DNA of 64,000 bases. Source: Spirochaetales bacterium (lineage in GTDB: Bacteria > Spirochaetota > Spirochaetia > JABEVK01). This document shows positions 10,307 through 19,137 of the stretch, one piece after another. Below the pieces are notes generated by a model. It ran no database searches. It had not been told where the DNA came from and saw nothing but the letters and a program-made list of their open reading frames with translations. Position numbers and translations under genes: made by a program. How positions within the stretch are numbered: the first letter of the stretch is position 1; the number at the start of each line of letters is the position of its first letter. The DNA lies in contig JBAXAI010000001.1 in NCBI GenBank assembly GCA_037142615.1, forward strand, positions 416,001 to 480,000. Reading direction: 5' to 3'.

Positions 10307-10761
10307 GCGCAACCAAGCTGCTGGCCGACAACCGACGGGCCAGACACGAGTATTTCCTCACCGAGCCTCTCGAATGCGGAATGGTGCTGCTGGGAACCGA
10401 AGTCAAGTCGATGAAAGACGCCCAGTTCAGCTTCAACGACGCCTGGATTGAAATCGATGCGGTAGGCGAGCTTTGGATCCGCAACCTGCACATCAACCCG
10501 TACAAGCAGGCCGGGAAAGACAACAACCATGATCCCGACCGGCGGAAAAAGCTTCTGGCTCAAAAGAAGGAAATCAAGCGCCTGCGTCGCCAGTGCGACG
10601 AAAAGGGCTTCACGCTGATTCCTTCGAACTTCCACCTCAAAAATGGGCGCATCAAAGTCGAAATCTGCCTTGCCAAGGGCAAGAAGGACTACGACAAGCG
10701 CGCCACGATCAAAGAAAAAGACGTCAAGCGCGACCTGGACCGCGAACTGGGCCGCCGTTGA
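10303..10761 (+). CDS. smpB: SsrA-binding protein SmpB
   Basis: NRRARHEY, GMVLLGTEVKS, RKKLLA, GKKDYDKR; tmRNA lies nearby. Confidence 0.97.
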   Translation: MSATKLLADNRRARHEYFLTEPLECGMVLLGTEVKSMKDAQFSFNDAWIEIDAVGELWIRNLHINPYKQAGKDNNHDPDRRKKLLAQKKEIKRLRRQCDEKGFTLIPSNFHLKNGRIKVEICLAKGKKDYDKRATIKEKDVKRDLDRELGRR

Positions 10762-11555
10762 ACCTGTACAACGTCCTCGGAGTCTCCAGCGAGGCCAGTT
10801 CGGCCGAGATCAAGGCGGCTTTCCGCAAACGCATCAAGGAACTGCACCCAGACCTGCAGGCGGCCGGCCAGAAACCCACCCGTGACCCCGACCAGTCTGA
10901 GGTGACGATCCATCAGCTTATCGAGGCCTACGAATTGCTGATGGATCAGGCCCAGCGAGAGGCGTACGACCGGGCGCGGCATACCGCGCCTCGCGAAAGC
11001 GAGTTCAACTACCGGGAATGGCTCAAACAACGGCCCGACGAACTCAGCCGCGCCAAATTGATCTTCTACGACGTGCTGCGCGAGCGCAGCGCCGATGCTG
11101 TGAGCCTCTACCTCAGCATGACCCAGGAAAGGGCTCTCCAGCTGGAAAAACTCCTCGGGCGAGAGGATTTCATGGACTGTGCCTTCATGCTGGCCATGGA
11201 GTTTGAGTCGCAGGAAGACGACCTGCAGGCCATCCAGCTCTACATCCATATCAGCCGGTTGGAACTGGAACGTCCTTTCTTCCGGCACTTCTTCGCCGAG
11301 GTCGAGGAGCGTCTGGTGCGGTTACTCACCCAGAAGCCGATGTTGCCGCTCGATGCGCCCAGCCTGGTCCGCATGCTGGAAGACCTGCAGCGGTATCCCT
11401 TCCATCCTACCGCCAAAGGAAGCTTCCTGATCCGGCAGGCCGAGGTCTATTACCAGTCCGGACAGCGCCTCATGGCGTTCCAGAGTCTCGAGCGGGCCCG
11501 GGCCTACAGTCCCCGCGACAAGCTCATCAGCAAGCTCGAAAAGTCTTGGCGTTGA
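10758..11555 (+). CDS. DnaJ (J-domain) protein with helical/TPR-like C-terminus
   Basis: TTG start overlapping the smpB stop; YNVLGV..EIKAAFRKRIKELHPD..EAYELL..REAYD. Confidence 0.88.
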   Translation: MNLYNVLGVSSEASSAEIKAAFRKRIKELHPDLQAAGQKPTRDPDQSEVTIHQLIEAYELLMDQAQREAYDRARHTAPRESEFNYREWLKQRPDELSRAKLIFYDVLRERSADAVSLYLSMTQERALQLEKLLGREDFMDCAFMLAMEFESQEDDLQAIQLYIHISRLELERPFFRHFFAEVEERLVRLLTQKPMLPLDAPSLVRMLEDLQRYPFHPTAKGSFLIRQAEVYYQSGQRLMAFQSLERARAYSPRDKLISKLEKSWR

Positions 11556-11580
11556 CAGTCTCCAGGCCAAGCAGTAGATT
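11552..11580 (+). promoter_or_regulatory. tmRNA promoter
   Basis: TTGACA (11552-57), 17 bp spacer, TAGATT (11575-80), 10 nt upstream of the tmRNA 5' end. Confidence 0.7.
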
Positions 11581-11590
11581 GAAGGCACTG

Positions 11591-11955
11591 GGGGGTGTCC
11601 CGGTTTCGACGGAAGGATGTCGTGTTCCGGATTGCAGGTAGAGCGTTCATCTCTTTAATCTGAGCAAAAAAACAAAAGCCAAGAACACTGTCGCCTTCAA
11701 CAGCGACGCTCTTGCCCTGGCCGCTTAATTGTAGCCAAGGGTTACGATTGACTTCCGCACTGTAGTCAGCGTAACCCCAACAACCAGTGCTTGATTCCGG
11801 TGGCGTTCAGGACTCCGGAGTGACATTTTCCTGAATTGCGCTCAGGGCGGCAGGCCGGACCACCTACCCCTGAGCTAAGACCAAAGTGCCCGGATACACC
11901 TGTAGATGTTCGTCGCACGCCCTTTCGGACGCGGGTTCGACTCCCGTCACCTCCA
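11591..11955 (+). ncRNA. ssrA: tmRNA; tag peptide AKNTVAFNSDALALAA* at 11678-11728
   Basis: 5' GGGGGTG..GGTTTCGAC; 3' T-arm GCGGGTTCGACTCCCGT plus CACCTCCA acceptor strand; tag ORF ending ALAA-stop. Confidence 0.97.
11932..11955 (+). repeat. attL core (tmRNA 3' end)
   Basis: Identical to 17721-17744. Confidence 0.93.
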
Positions 11956-12087
11956 TCTTTTTGGAACAGCTAAGGCCAGCTAAAGCAAGGATTTACTTCT
12001 TGTGAGGCTGGCCTTAGTTGTTTCAATTTGGTTGACTTTGCCTCAAGATTACCATAAAATTACCATACGGCCTTTTGCCGGGGTGAG

Positions 12088-13185
12088 GTGGTCATGAAGC
12101 TCTATTGGTACAAACTGCCCTCCGGCGCAAGGTCGGCCTACATTCAAGACCACAATGGCGGGGAACGGCTGCGGGAGTCGCTGGACATTGTTATACCGGC
12201 GGGTGCCAGCGCGTTCACGGTCAAGGAACTGACCAAGCGGGCCGAGGCGGCTTTCATCGTCCGGGCCGATCAAATACGGGCGGCCCGCAAGGGGCTGTTG
12301 CGGGATGACGCGGTGACGCTGGTCGGGTACGCCGAAACACTGACCGGGAACCGTGACGTGAAAGACCACGTGGTGAGGGTGGTGCCCTTTCTCAAGGAAC
12401 ACTTCGGGACCGTGGAGCTCCGGGCGATAGATTACCGGCATTGTGAGAAGTTCCAAGCCTTCCTTGCCAGCGGGTTCAGCCTTCACAAAGAAGGCAAGCC
12501 GCTGGCACCCAAGACCCAACGGCACTACTTTAATGCCTTGGTGTTCATCCTCAACGAAGCAGTGAAGGACCGGCACCTAGAGAAGAATCCGGCCCTCAAC
12601 GTGAGGCGCGTCCGCGTGCCGGAGAAAGTGGTCATTGCCCTCACCCCGGACGAACTGCAAACCCTTTGGCGCGTGCCTATCGGGGGAACCTTGGGCGCAG
12701 CAGTGAAGCGCGGCTTCTTTGTGTCGGCCAACAGTGGCTTGCGCCTTGGTGACTTGCGCACCCTGCGGTGGGGAGACATCAAGACCGGGCCGGAAGGCTG
12801 GCGGCTGGTGAAGGCACAAGACAAGACCGGCAATCTGGTGACGGTGCCGCTCAACGCCAACGTGAGGGAACTCCTGACCCCATTCTTCACGCTGGACCCC
12901 ACGGCCTTTGTGTTCCCTGAGTTCCAGACCGGCGCGGGTATCTCCAAGTACATGGGGCCTTGGGTGAAGGCGGCGGGCCTGACCAAGCCGGTGACGTTCC
13001 ACACGGCCCGGCACACCTTTGGCACCCTGCTAGCCCAACAGACCGGCGGGAACGCGCGGATGGTTCAAAACCTCATGGGGCACGTCACGGCCAAGATGAC
13101 GGAACACTACACCCAAGCTGCCGGACAAGAAGCGCGGGCCATGGTGGACGGCCTGCCGGACATCAAGAAGTGGGGGACGGCATGA
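12088..13185 (+). CDS. Tyrosine recombinase/site-specific integrase
   Basis: SGLRLGD (R), QDKT (K), FHTARHTFGT (HxxR), LMGH..MTEHY (H, Y); SAM-like domain ending KNPA. Confidence 0.95.
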   Translation: MVMKLYWYKLPSGARSAYIQDHNGGERLRESLDIVIPAGASAFTVKELTKRAEAAFIVRADQIRAARKGLLRDDAVTLVGYAETLTGNRDVKDHVVRVVPFLKEHFGTVELRAIDYRHCEKFQAFLASGFSLHKEGKPLAPKTQRHYFNALVFILNEAVKDRHLEKNPALNVRRVRVPEKVVIALTPDELQTLWRVPIGGTLGAAVKRGFFVSANSGLRLGDLRTLRWGDIKTGPEGWRLVKAQDKTGNLVTVPLNANVRELLTPFFTLDPTAFVFPEFQTGAGISKYMGPWVKAAGLTKPVTFHTARHTFGTLLAQQTGGNARMVQNLMGHVTAKMTEHYTQAAGQEARAMVDGLPDIKKWGTA

Positions 13186-13760
13186 AAACAAACCATGAGA
13201 GAACTCCAGACGGTTTTCTTGATGTTGACAGGACCATCCGTGCCGCAGAAAACGCCATCAACATGGAAGAGGGCAGGAAGATTCTCACAGGTGAGATTGC
13301 CCGAATCTCGGCTCTGAAGGCTAGAAGTAGACTTAGGGAACTTTTCCCAGACCCAAACCACGGTAGCGAATGGAATGACGAAAGCCTAGGCTTCCTCTTG
13401 TTGGAAGGTCAAGCCACTAAACAAAGCATGGTGGAAATGGTTGAGGAAGCGTTGGAAACCCTGGCTGAACGACTGAAACTTTTTGAGGAGGCCCTTCCGG
13501 GCTTGTCTAGTTCCATTGAAGAGCCGGATGTAGGACACTTCGTCCTTGCTCCGATTCAGTGGACCGGTGAAAAGATGGACCTAGTGAAGCTGGCCGACGC
13601 AATTGCCCCCTTCCTAAATGTGACCCGTACTGCCTTTCTTGCCCATTTCCTTGACCGACACGGCAAGCCATTTGACCGCTCAGAGTCAGACCTTCTGACC
13701 AAGGCCAAGTCTCCACAATTTTCAGACCAATTGACTGTCGCATTAAGAGGCCGAATCTAG
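13182..13760 (+). CDS. Hypothetical protein with RteC-like C-terminal motif
   Basis: ATG overlaps the integrase stop; IQWTGEKMDLVKLADAI resembles the WTGxKxxLxEL motif of RteC-type regulators. Confidence 0.6.
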   Translation: MKTNHERTPDGFLDVDRTIRAAENAINMEEGRKILTGEIARISALKARSRLRELFPDPNHGSEWNDESLGFLLLEGQATKQSMVEMVEEALETLAERLKLFEEALPGLSSSIEEPDVGHFVLAPIQWTGEKMDLVKLADAIAPFLNVTRTAFLAHFLDRHGKPFDRSESDLLTKAKSPQFSDQLTVALRGRI

Positions 13761-13847
13761 GCTGAAGCGGGACTGAGTCGGACGCTGAACGCAGTCTAGG
13801 CAACTACAGCTAGGTTGATGTCATGGCCACTGTGGAGGGGCCAACAA

Positions 13848-14081
13848 ATGACAGCGCAAGTAATTGCCGATGATGCACCACTGACCCACAAGGAGGCGGC
13901 GGCCTATCTCAAGGTGTCACCGTTCACGCTTCACCGCTGGACAAGCAAAGGGCTGATTCCTTTCTACAAGCCAAACGGGCGAACGAACTACTTCAAACGG
14001 ACGGATTTGGACGCGTTCGTTTTTCGTAACCGAAGTGCGGCGAAATATGAACTTGTCACTTCCAAAGGTGGCCGGAAATGA
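13848..14081 (+). CDS. Helix-turn-helix excisionase/AlpA-like protein (HTH_17)
   Basis: LTHKEAAAYLKVSPFTLHRWTSKGLIPFYKP..YFKRTDLDAF; GGAGG RBS. Confidence 0.9.
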   Translation: MTAQVIADDAPLTHKEAAAYLKVSPFTLHRWTSKGLIPFYKPNGRTNYFKRTDLDAFVFRNRSAAKYELVTSKGGRK

Positions 14082-14620
14082 CCTGCCACAGCTACCGCTT
14101 CACGCTCAAGGAAGGGATGCACTTGGGCAGGCCGATAACGGGAACGTTTGAGCTGGTCCACAACGGAGCGGAACCCTACCCTCACTTCAGCCACAAGGCG
14201 AAGCGGTCCGGCGAGGTTACGATCACTAAGAGCCGCAACCCGGACAATTCACCGCGTGCCGGTGAGTGGATTCTCAACCGGCCAAAGACTGGCCCGGAAG
14301 ACAAGGGGAGCCGACTCACGGCCCTCTTCTGTCTCAATCCAGAGTGGCCCGGATGCTTCCTTGGTGACTCTCCAGATCGGCTTGACGTGTGGCTGGTCCA
14401 GTTTGACCATGACGGCAAAGGCCTCACAATTCACGTTCTGCCGGGACGGTTCCAAGACCGTGACGCGCTGTTTGCACACTGGACGGAAGGCAACCTTGAC
14501 GGCGTACCGGAACCAACCAAGGAACCCCGGAAAGCCCTGAGTGTCTATAACAATGTCCAGCCGGATACAGAAACTGAGACCCGAAACCCTGCCCGGCCCG
14601 CTCTGGTTCACGGTGTTTGA
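14078..14620 (+). CDS. Hypothetical protein of the element
   Basis: 180-aa ORF coupled to the HTH gene by an ATGA overlap. Confidence 0.7.
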   Translation: MTCHSYRFTLKEGMHLGRPITGTFELVHNGAEPYPHFSHKAKRSGEVTITKSRNPDNSPRAGEWILNRPKTGPEDKGSRLTALFCLNPEWPGCFLGDSPDRLDVWLVQFDHDGKGLTIHVLPGRFQDRDALFAHWTEGNLDGVPEPTKEPRKALSVYNNVQPDTETETRNPARPALVHGV

Positions 14621-15488
14621 CCTCAGTTTGATAACCTTGCCCGGAGCCTTCACACTGCCCACTCAAGCGGTCATCCGCAACGAAACGGTGGGGAGTCTCC
14701 GGGCTTCTTTGGACGGCCTCACCCTCAATCTCACCCCGGACGGCCTGCGGATCTATGGGAGCATTGCCAAGTTCTACCGTGGGGAAAACGTGGGAGAGAT
14801 GACGCGCGGCACACTGCGGGAAGCCTTTGACAAGTTGGAGGCGGCCTTGGGGTTTTCGGTGGGCAGCGGTACCATCCGCGTGCTGGAGGTGGGCCACACC
14901 CTGACCGTGGACTACCCTGCCGCGTGGTACACGGCACTATGGGAGCCTGTACCACGATTTCGCCAGTACACGGAAGGGAACGGCCTCACGGTCGGTTTCC
15001 GCAACAGCCGATGGAGCTACCAGGGCTACGACAAAGGGCGGGAGACTCTGGCCGGTGACGTGCCCGAACTCTATCGTGGCCGCAACCTCCTGCGCCTAGA
15101 GCTAAAACTCCACAACGCCATGAGTGAGGTAATGGGCGGGCCTCTCACCGTGGAAAGATTGATGACGCCGGAGGTGTACCGTAACTTGCTCCAGCGGTGG
15201 AAAGGTTGGTACTTTCGGATACCCAAGGCACGCATCCCTAGGCCGGTGTTTGACGCCGGGGTCAAGGAACTGGTCAAGAGCCTTGCCGCGTGCCAGGTAA
15301 AGAACATGGGCGGGCTGGACACCCTCTTGCTGGACCTTTCCAAGCGTTCCGACCTGAGCAAAGTACAGAAGAGCCGGGCGCGGCAGGAACTGCGGGATCT
15401 GACCCAAGACGTCGTGTTCACCGACCCGGACGAGCTGACCACGGAGCTGGACCGCAAAGTGCGGACGGCGGCAATGCACTCACGTTGA
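14613..15488 (+). CDS. Phage/plasmid replication protein, gene II/X-like family
   Basis: GSIAKFYRGENV...IRVLEVG...YDKGRE...LLRLELK pattern typical of II/X-family Rep; GTG at 14613 chosen, ORF open from 14541. Confidence 0.7.
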   Translation: MFDLSLITLPGAFTLPTQAVIRNETVGSLRASLDGLTLNLTPDGLRIYGSIAKFYRGENVGEMTRGTLREAFDKLEAALGFSVGSGTIRVLEVGHTLTVDYPAAWYTALWEPVPRFRQYTEGNGLTVGFRNSRWSYQGYDKGRETLAGDVPELYRGRNLLRLELKLHNAMSEVMGGPLTVERLMTPEVYRNLLQRWKGWYFRIPKARIPRPVFDAGVKELVKSLAACQVKNMGGLDTLLLDLSKRSDLSKVQKSRARQELRDLTQDVVFTDPDELTTELDRKVRTAAMHSR

Positions 15489-15527
15489 CGCTACAAACGA
15501 GATTGAAACGTGGTAAAATACAAAATC

Positions 15528-15980
15528 ATGAACCGTAGCGGTACACTGGCAAACTTGAGGCCGTTCACGGCAGAGAACCAACCACCAAATCGTGGTAGAA
15601 AACCTTCGCTCTTGAAGGGGCTCACGGCGCGCTCAAACATAGCCGCGTCCGACATACGAAACGCGATCATAGCTATAGCCTTTGACAAGACTGAAGCCGA
15701 AGTCATTGCGCTTGCCAAAGACCTGTCCCAACCAATCTTTATCCGAACCATCTGCTCCGCACTAGAGCAAGACTTTCTCCGTGGTAAAACCAACAACATA
15801 GAGTGGATGCTTGAGCGGGTCGTAGGTAGGGTTGCCCTAACAAGGGAGCCTCAAGAGCCAGAACAAGACCAACTCAGTCACAAGATGAACCATGAAGAGT
15901 GGGAAGCGTTTCAACAGAACGTTAGGTTACTTTTTCGGAATCCGGACGATGAAACTAGAGAAAGTCACCAGAATACCTAG
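15528..15980 (+). CDS. Small-terminase-like/DUF5681-like protein
   Basis: N-terminal NLRPF..NQPPNRGRKP motif, helical middle, EWMLERVVGR; resembles phage small terminase-type proteins. Confidence 0.55.
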   Translation: MNRSGTLANLRPFTAENQPPNRGRKPSLLKGLTARSNIAASDIRNAIIAIAFDKTEAEVIALAKDLSQPIFIRTICSALEQDFLRGKTNNIEWMLERVVGRVALTREPQEPEQDQLSHKMNHEEWEAFQQNVRLLFRNPDDETRESHQNT

Positions 15981-16113
15981 TACCATCCAAAAAACGGTGG
16001 ACTTTTCTAGCTAAACTTCATAGCGAATGACCTGACCCGTGATTTGGCACCAGTTAGGCTGAGAGGGTCGAAGGCCATTGGCGGCAGACCCCCTCAACGT
16101 CAATGGAGCGGAT

Positions 16114-17049
16114 TCACGGGGTCCGGTCACGAATGACTAGGATCGTGTCATCCTTAACCTCTGGGTGCATCTCAATATCCTCACCTGTTACCGTCAAGTT
16201 TAGGGAGACGTCCCCTAGCCTAGATACCCTTGGAGCCTTGTCTCTGAAGAAGTTCGCATCGGCTACAAACTTCTGCCAATCTGCCGCAAAGCGCGTAGCA
16301 TCCGTACCGTATAGGCTTGCCCTAAACGGCAGGACAGTCTTGTAGTCTCGGTTGGATCGCCCAAGCCCGCCCGGCTGTACGGCCCCGAAATACAGTGGCA
16401 ACGAATCTGGAAACTGAAAGTAACCTGTAACCTGAGTTTCAATCAACGTTGGCATTTGGGGGTCATCCTTTGGAAGTTCGATATTGGTGAAGAGCGCAAT
16501 TCTAAACTGAAGCTCCGGTCCAAATGTCGAATTGGAGAATCCACCGACGGTTTCCATGTCGGTCTCTGCGTAGTAGTTGCGACTCTTTCCAGAAACTATC
16601 ATTCTTCGCATGGGAACAAAGTCGGCGCTAAATGTACCAACCTCTTTGTATGTGCTTAAGAATGGATAACCGGGACTCACAAGCCTTCCTGCTTCAAAGA
16701 TAAAGTCGGCACGTCTGAAAAACCAGTACACTTCAGTGAACACGGACTCATCGCCTTGCTTAGTGGAGAGATGATAGGTAACTTCTATCGCAGGTGCACC
16801 TTGGTAGTCAGCTAAAGATTTACCAGTGATACTTCCAACGAAGTACCCCTTGAGTTGGCTGACTTGAGATGGGTCAGTAATTTTGGAAATGTCAGAGTTT
16901 AGGTTGTAGACCCTACCCTTCACACGGTCGAAAGTAGTCAAGAAATCAGCCACGTCTGGCGTTACAGAAAAGATAGAATGCCCAGTCGTCGTACATGAAA
17001 AAAAGAGGGTTGCAAATGTCAACAGCACTAACGTGCGCACGAAGGTCAT
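16114..17049 (-). CDS. Putative lipoprotein (element cargo)
   Basis: Signal peptide with lipobox LFFS-C; AT-richer than the flanks. Confidence 0.75.
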   Translation of the reverse strand: MTFVRTLVLLTFATLFFSCTTTGHSIFSVTPDVADFLTTFDRVKGRVYNLNSDISKITDPSQVSQLKGYFVGSITGKSLADYQGAPAIEVTYHLSTKQGDESVFTEVYWFFRRADFIFEAGRLVSPGYPFLSTYKEVGTFSADFVPMRRMIVSGKSRNYYAETDMETVGGFSNSTFGPELQFRIALFTNIELPKDDPQMPTLIETQVTGYFQFPDSLPLYFGAVQPGGLGRSNRDYKTVLPFRASLYGTDATRFAADWQKFVADANFFRDKAPRVSRLGDVSLNLTVTGEDIEMHPEVKDDTILVIRDRTP

Positions 17050-17489
17050 TCCCTGTTCCTGATCTGATTCGCTACAGCAGCAGCATAGGCTTGCTTCTTG
17101 GTGACCACCTTTGCCCCAATCGGAAATAGCACAAACGACCCCATTCTTACAAGCACGACCCCGACCGGTATTCCTACAATGGTGGCAAAGCTAATTACAC
17201 CCAGCACGAAGTACGTACTCGTTGCAATTAGGCCAAATGGGATCCACAGTGTATTCACAATGAGTCCTCCGATTCGTCTCACCGGCGACACGTTTTCTGC
17301 ACCCTTTAGCTCCGTTTCACGAATAACTTCCTTGCCGAACGGAAAGGCAGAAAGTTTTGCGAACTGAAGAAATGCCTTAGCCAGCGGGATCCCTACAATG
17401 GTCAAAGCAAAGACGCCAGCGGCCATGAGCCAAAGCACAGCTGACCAACTTCCGATAAAAACAAACCACAAAAGATTGAATAAACCCAT
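17046..17489 (-). CDS. yccF: YccF (DUF307) inner-membrane protein (element cargo)
   Basis: Duplicated NLLW..G...TIVGIP....L.PFG/PIG halves. Confidence 0.9.
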   Translation of the reverse strand: MGLFNLLWFVFIGSWSAVLWLMAAGVFALTIVGIPLAKAFLQFAKLSAFPFGKEVIRETELKGAENVSPVRRIGGLIVNTLWIPFGLIATSTYFVLGVISFATIVGIPVGVVLVRMGSFVLFPIGAKVVTKKQAYAAAVANQIRNRE

Positions 17490-17720
17490 GATTGCAATTA
17501 TGGAAGCACTTCTTGGCGTGCGCAAGTCTTTTCGGACTTAACTTGAAACAACATATTGACCTTGCCGTCACTTTCCCTCGGGGCCAAGAAACCCATGGGA
17601 GATATGCGAGAAGGCCGAGTAGAGATGGCAAGGGGACGTCGAAAGACTCAGTTCTTGGAAGAGTTACCATAAAATTGCCAGAATACTCCACTATTTGCAT
17701 ACCCTGAAACAACTAGGCAA

Positions 17721-17744
17721 CGGGTTCGACTCCCGTCACCTCCA
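17721..17744 (+). repeat. attR (displaced tmRNA 3' end)
   Basis: 24/24 identity to 11932-11955. Confidence 0.93.
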
Positions 17745-17783
17745 AATAGCAAAACCCTCCGCTGGAGGGTTTTGCTATTTGGA
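17741..17783. terminator. Long perfect hairpin, likely the original tmRNA terminator
   Basis: TCCAAATAGCAAAACCCTCC-GCT-GGAGGGTTTTGCTATTTGGA, 20-bp stem. Confidence 0.8.
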
Positions 17784-18049
17784 AGGAGCTTTGGACAACC
17801 TTCAGGTTGCCCAAAGCGACCCCACTTGTCGGTAGCGCACAGCAAAGCAGAAAAGGCCCGCTGGTCGGGCAAAGTCCATCAATCCACACCTCCGCTGGAG
17901 GGTTTTGCTATTTGGAAGGAGCTTTGGACAACCTTCGGTTGCCCAAAGCGACCCCACTTGTCGGTAGCGCACAGCAAAGCAGGAAAGGCCCGCTGGTCGG
18001 TCAAGGTCCATCAATCCACACCTCCGCTGGAGGGTTTTGCTATTTGGAA
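17756..18049. repeat. Tandem repeat, ~133-bp unit, 2.2 copies
   Basis: CCTCCGCTGGAGGGTTTTGCTATTTGGAA starts at 17756, 17889 and 18021; the intervening sequences are near-identical. Confidence 0.92.
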
Positions 18050-18146
18050 CCCGCGACCCCCGCAGTTGACGCTCGGCCAAGTTTACCGCACGATTACCGC
18101 ACAGTTCCCCCAGGGGAACCGCTCGTCTTTTTACCAGGAGGCCACC

Positions 18147-19133
18147 ATGGTCCGTTTCGGAATCCTTTCTACGGCAAAAATAGGCCGTGAGCACCTCATC
18201 CCAGCGCTCGTTGGCGCTACAGGCTGCTCGTTGACGGCCATCGCCAGCCGAGACTTGGGCAAAGCCCGTGAACTGTCGGACCGCTGGGCAGTGCCTCTGG
18301 CTTTCGGAAGCTACGAAGAGCTTTTGGCCAGCCCCGAAGTGGACGCCGTTTACATCCCTTTGCCAACCTCGCAGCACGTCGAATGGACAATCAAGGCCGC
18401 GAACGCCGGCAAGCATGTTTTGTGCGAAAAGCCCATGCTGCTCAACACGACCGAACTCGAGGCCATCCAGGCCGCAGCCGAGCGAAACCACGTTGTGGTC
18501 AGCGAAGCTTTCATGGTCACCTATTCACCGGTGTGGCTCAAAGTCAAAGACCTGCTCGCCTCGGGAGCCATCGGGACTCTCGGTCACGTGCAGGGGGCGT
18601 TCACGTACTTCAACAGCGACCCGGGGAACATGCGCAACATCGCGGCCCTCGGCGGCGGTGGGCTTCCCGATATCGGCGTGTATCCGACGGTCACCACCCG
18701 TTTTGCCACGGGCCGAGAACCGCTTCGCGTGCAGGCTGATACCCGCTGGGACCCTGTTTTCAAGACCGACATTTTCTCGACCGTTCGAGCCGACTTTGGC
18801 GACTTTGAGCTGAGTTTCTACATCTCGACCCAGTTGGCGGCCCGCCAGTTGATGGTGTTCCACGGGACCGAGGGGACGATCGAGGTCCGCTCGCCGTTCA
18901 ACGCCGACCGCTGGGGCGAGGAACTCCTCGAGGTGACCAGCCGCGACCACAGCGAGTCCCGCTTGTACCGCTTCCCTGCCGCCCAACAGTACCGCCGCGA
19001 GGTGGAAGCCTTTGCCCGCGCCGTGGGTGGCCAAAAGGGCCAGGTGTTCACGCTCGAAAGCTCGGGCCTCAACCAGCGGGTCATCGACGCCGCCTACCAA
19101 GCCAGCCGCCTTGGCGGTTGGCAACCGGTGTAG
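18147..19133 (+). CDS. Gfo/Idh/MocA family oxidoreductase
   Basis: [41 protein letters not shown]; AGGAGG RBS. Confidence 0.93.
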   Translation: MVRFGILSTAKIGREHLIPALVGATGCSLTAIASRDLGKARELSDRWAVPLAFGSYEELLASPEVDAVYIPLPTSQHVEWTIKAANAGKHVLCEKPMLLNTTELEAIQAAAERNHVVVSEAFMVTYSPVWLKVKDLLASGAIGTLGHVQGAFTYFNSDPGNMRNIAALGGGGLPDIGVYPTVTTRFATGREPLRVQADTRWDPVFKTDIFSTVRADFGDFELSFYISTQLAARQLMVFHGTEGTIEVRSPFNADRWGEELLEVTSRDHSESRLYRFPAAQQYRREVEAFARAVGGQKGQVFTLESSGLNQRVIDAAYQASRLGGWQPV

Positions 19134-19137
19134 GGCC

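Larger units (their letters stand above)
11932..17744 (+). mobile_element. Integrated element (~5.8 kb) in the tmRNA 3' end; candidate phage satellite or small integrative element
   Basis: Perfect 24-bp direct repeat CGGGTTCGACTCCCGTCACCTCCA at 11932-11955 and 17721-17744; integrase adjacent to attL. Confidence 0.93.

Noticed and set aside
17756-18049. Possible CRISPR array (29-bp motif occurring three times)
   Set aside because: The intervening ~104-bp segments are near-identical rather than unique spacers, and there are no cas genes; it is a tandem repeat.
17772-18146. 125-aa repetitive N-terminal extension of the Gfo/Idh/MocA ORF
   Set aside because: Read-through of the non-coding tandem repeat; the true start with AGGAGG is at 18147.
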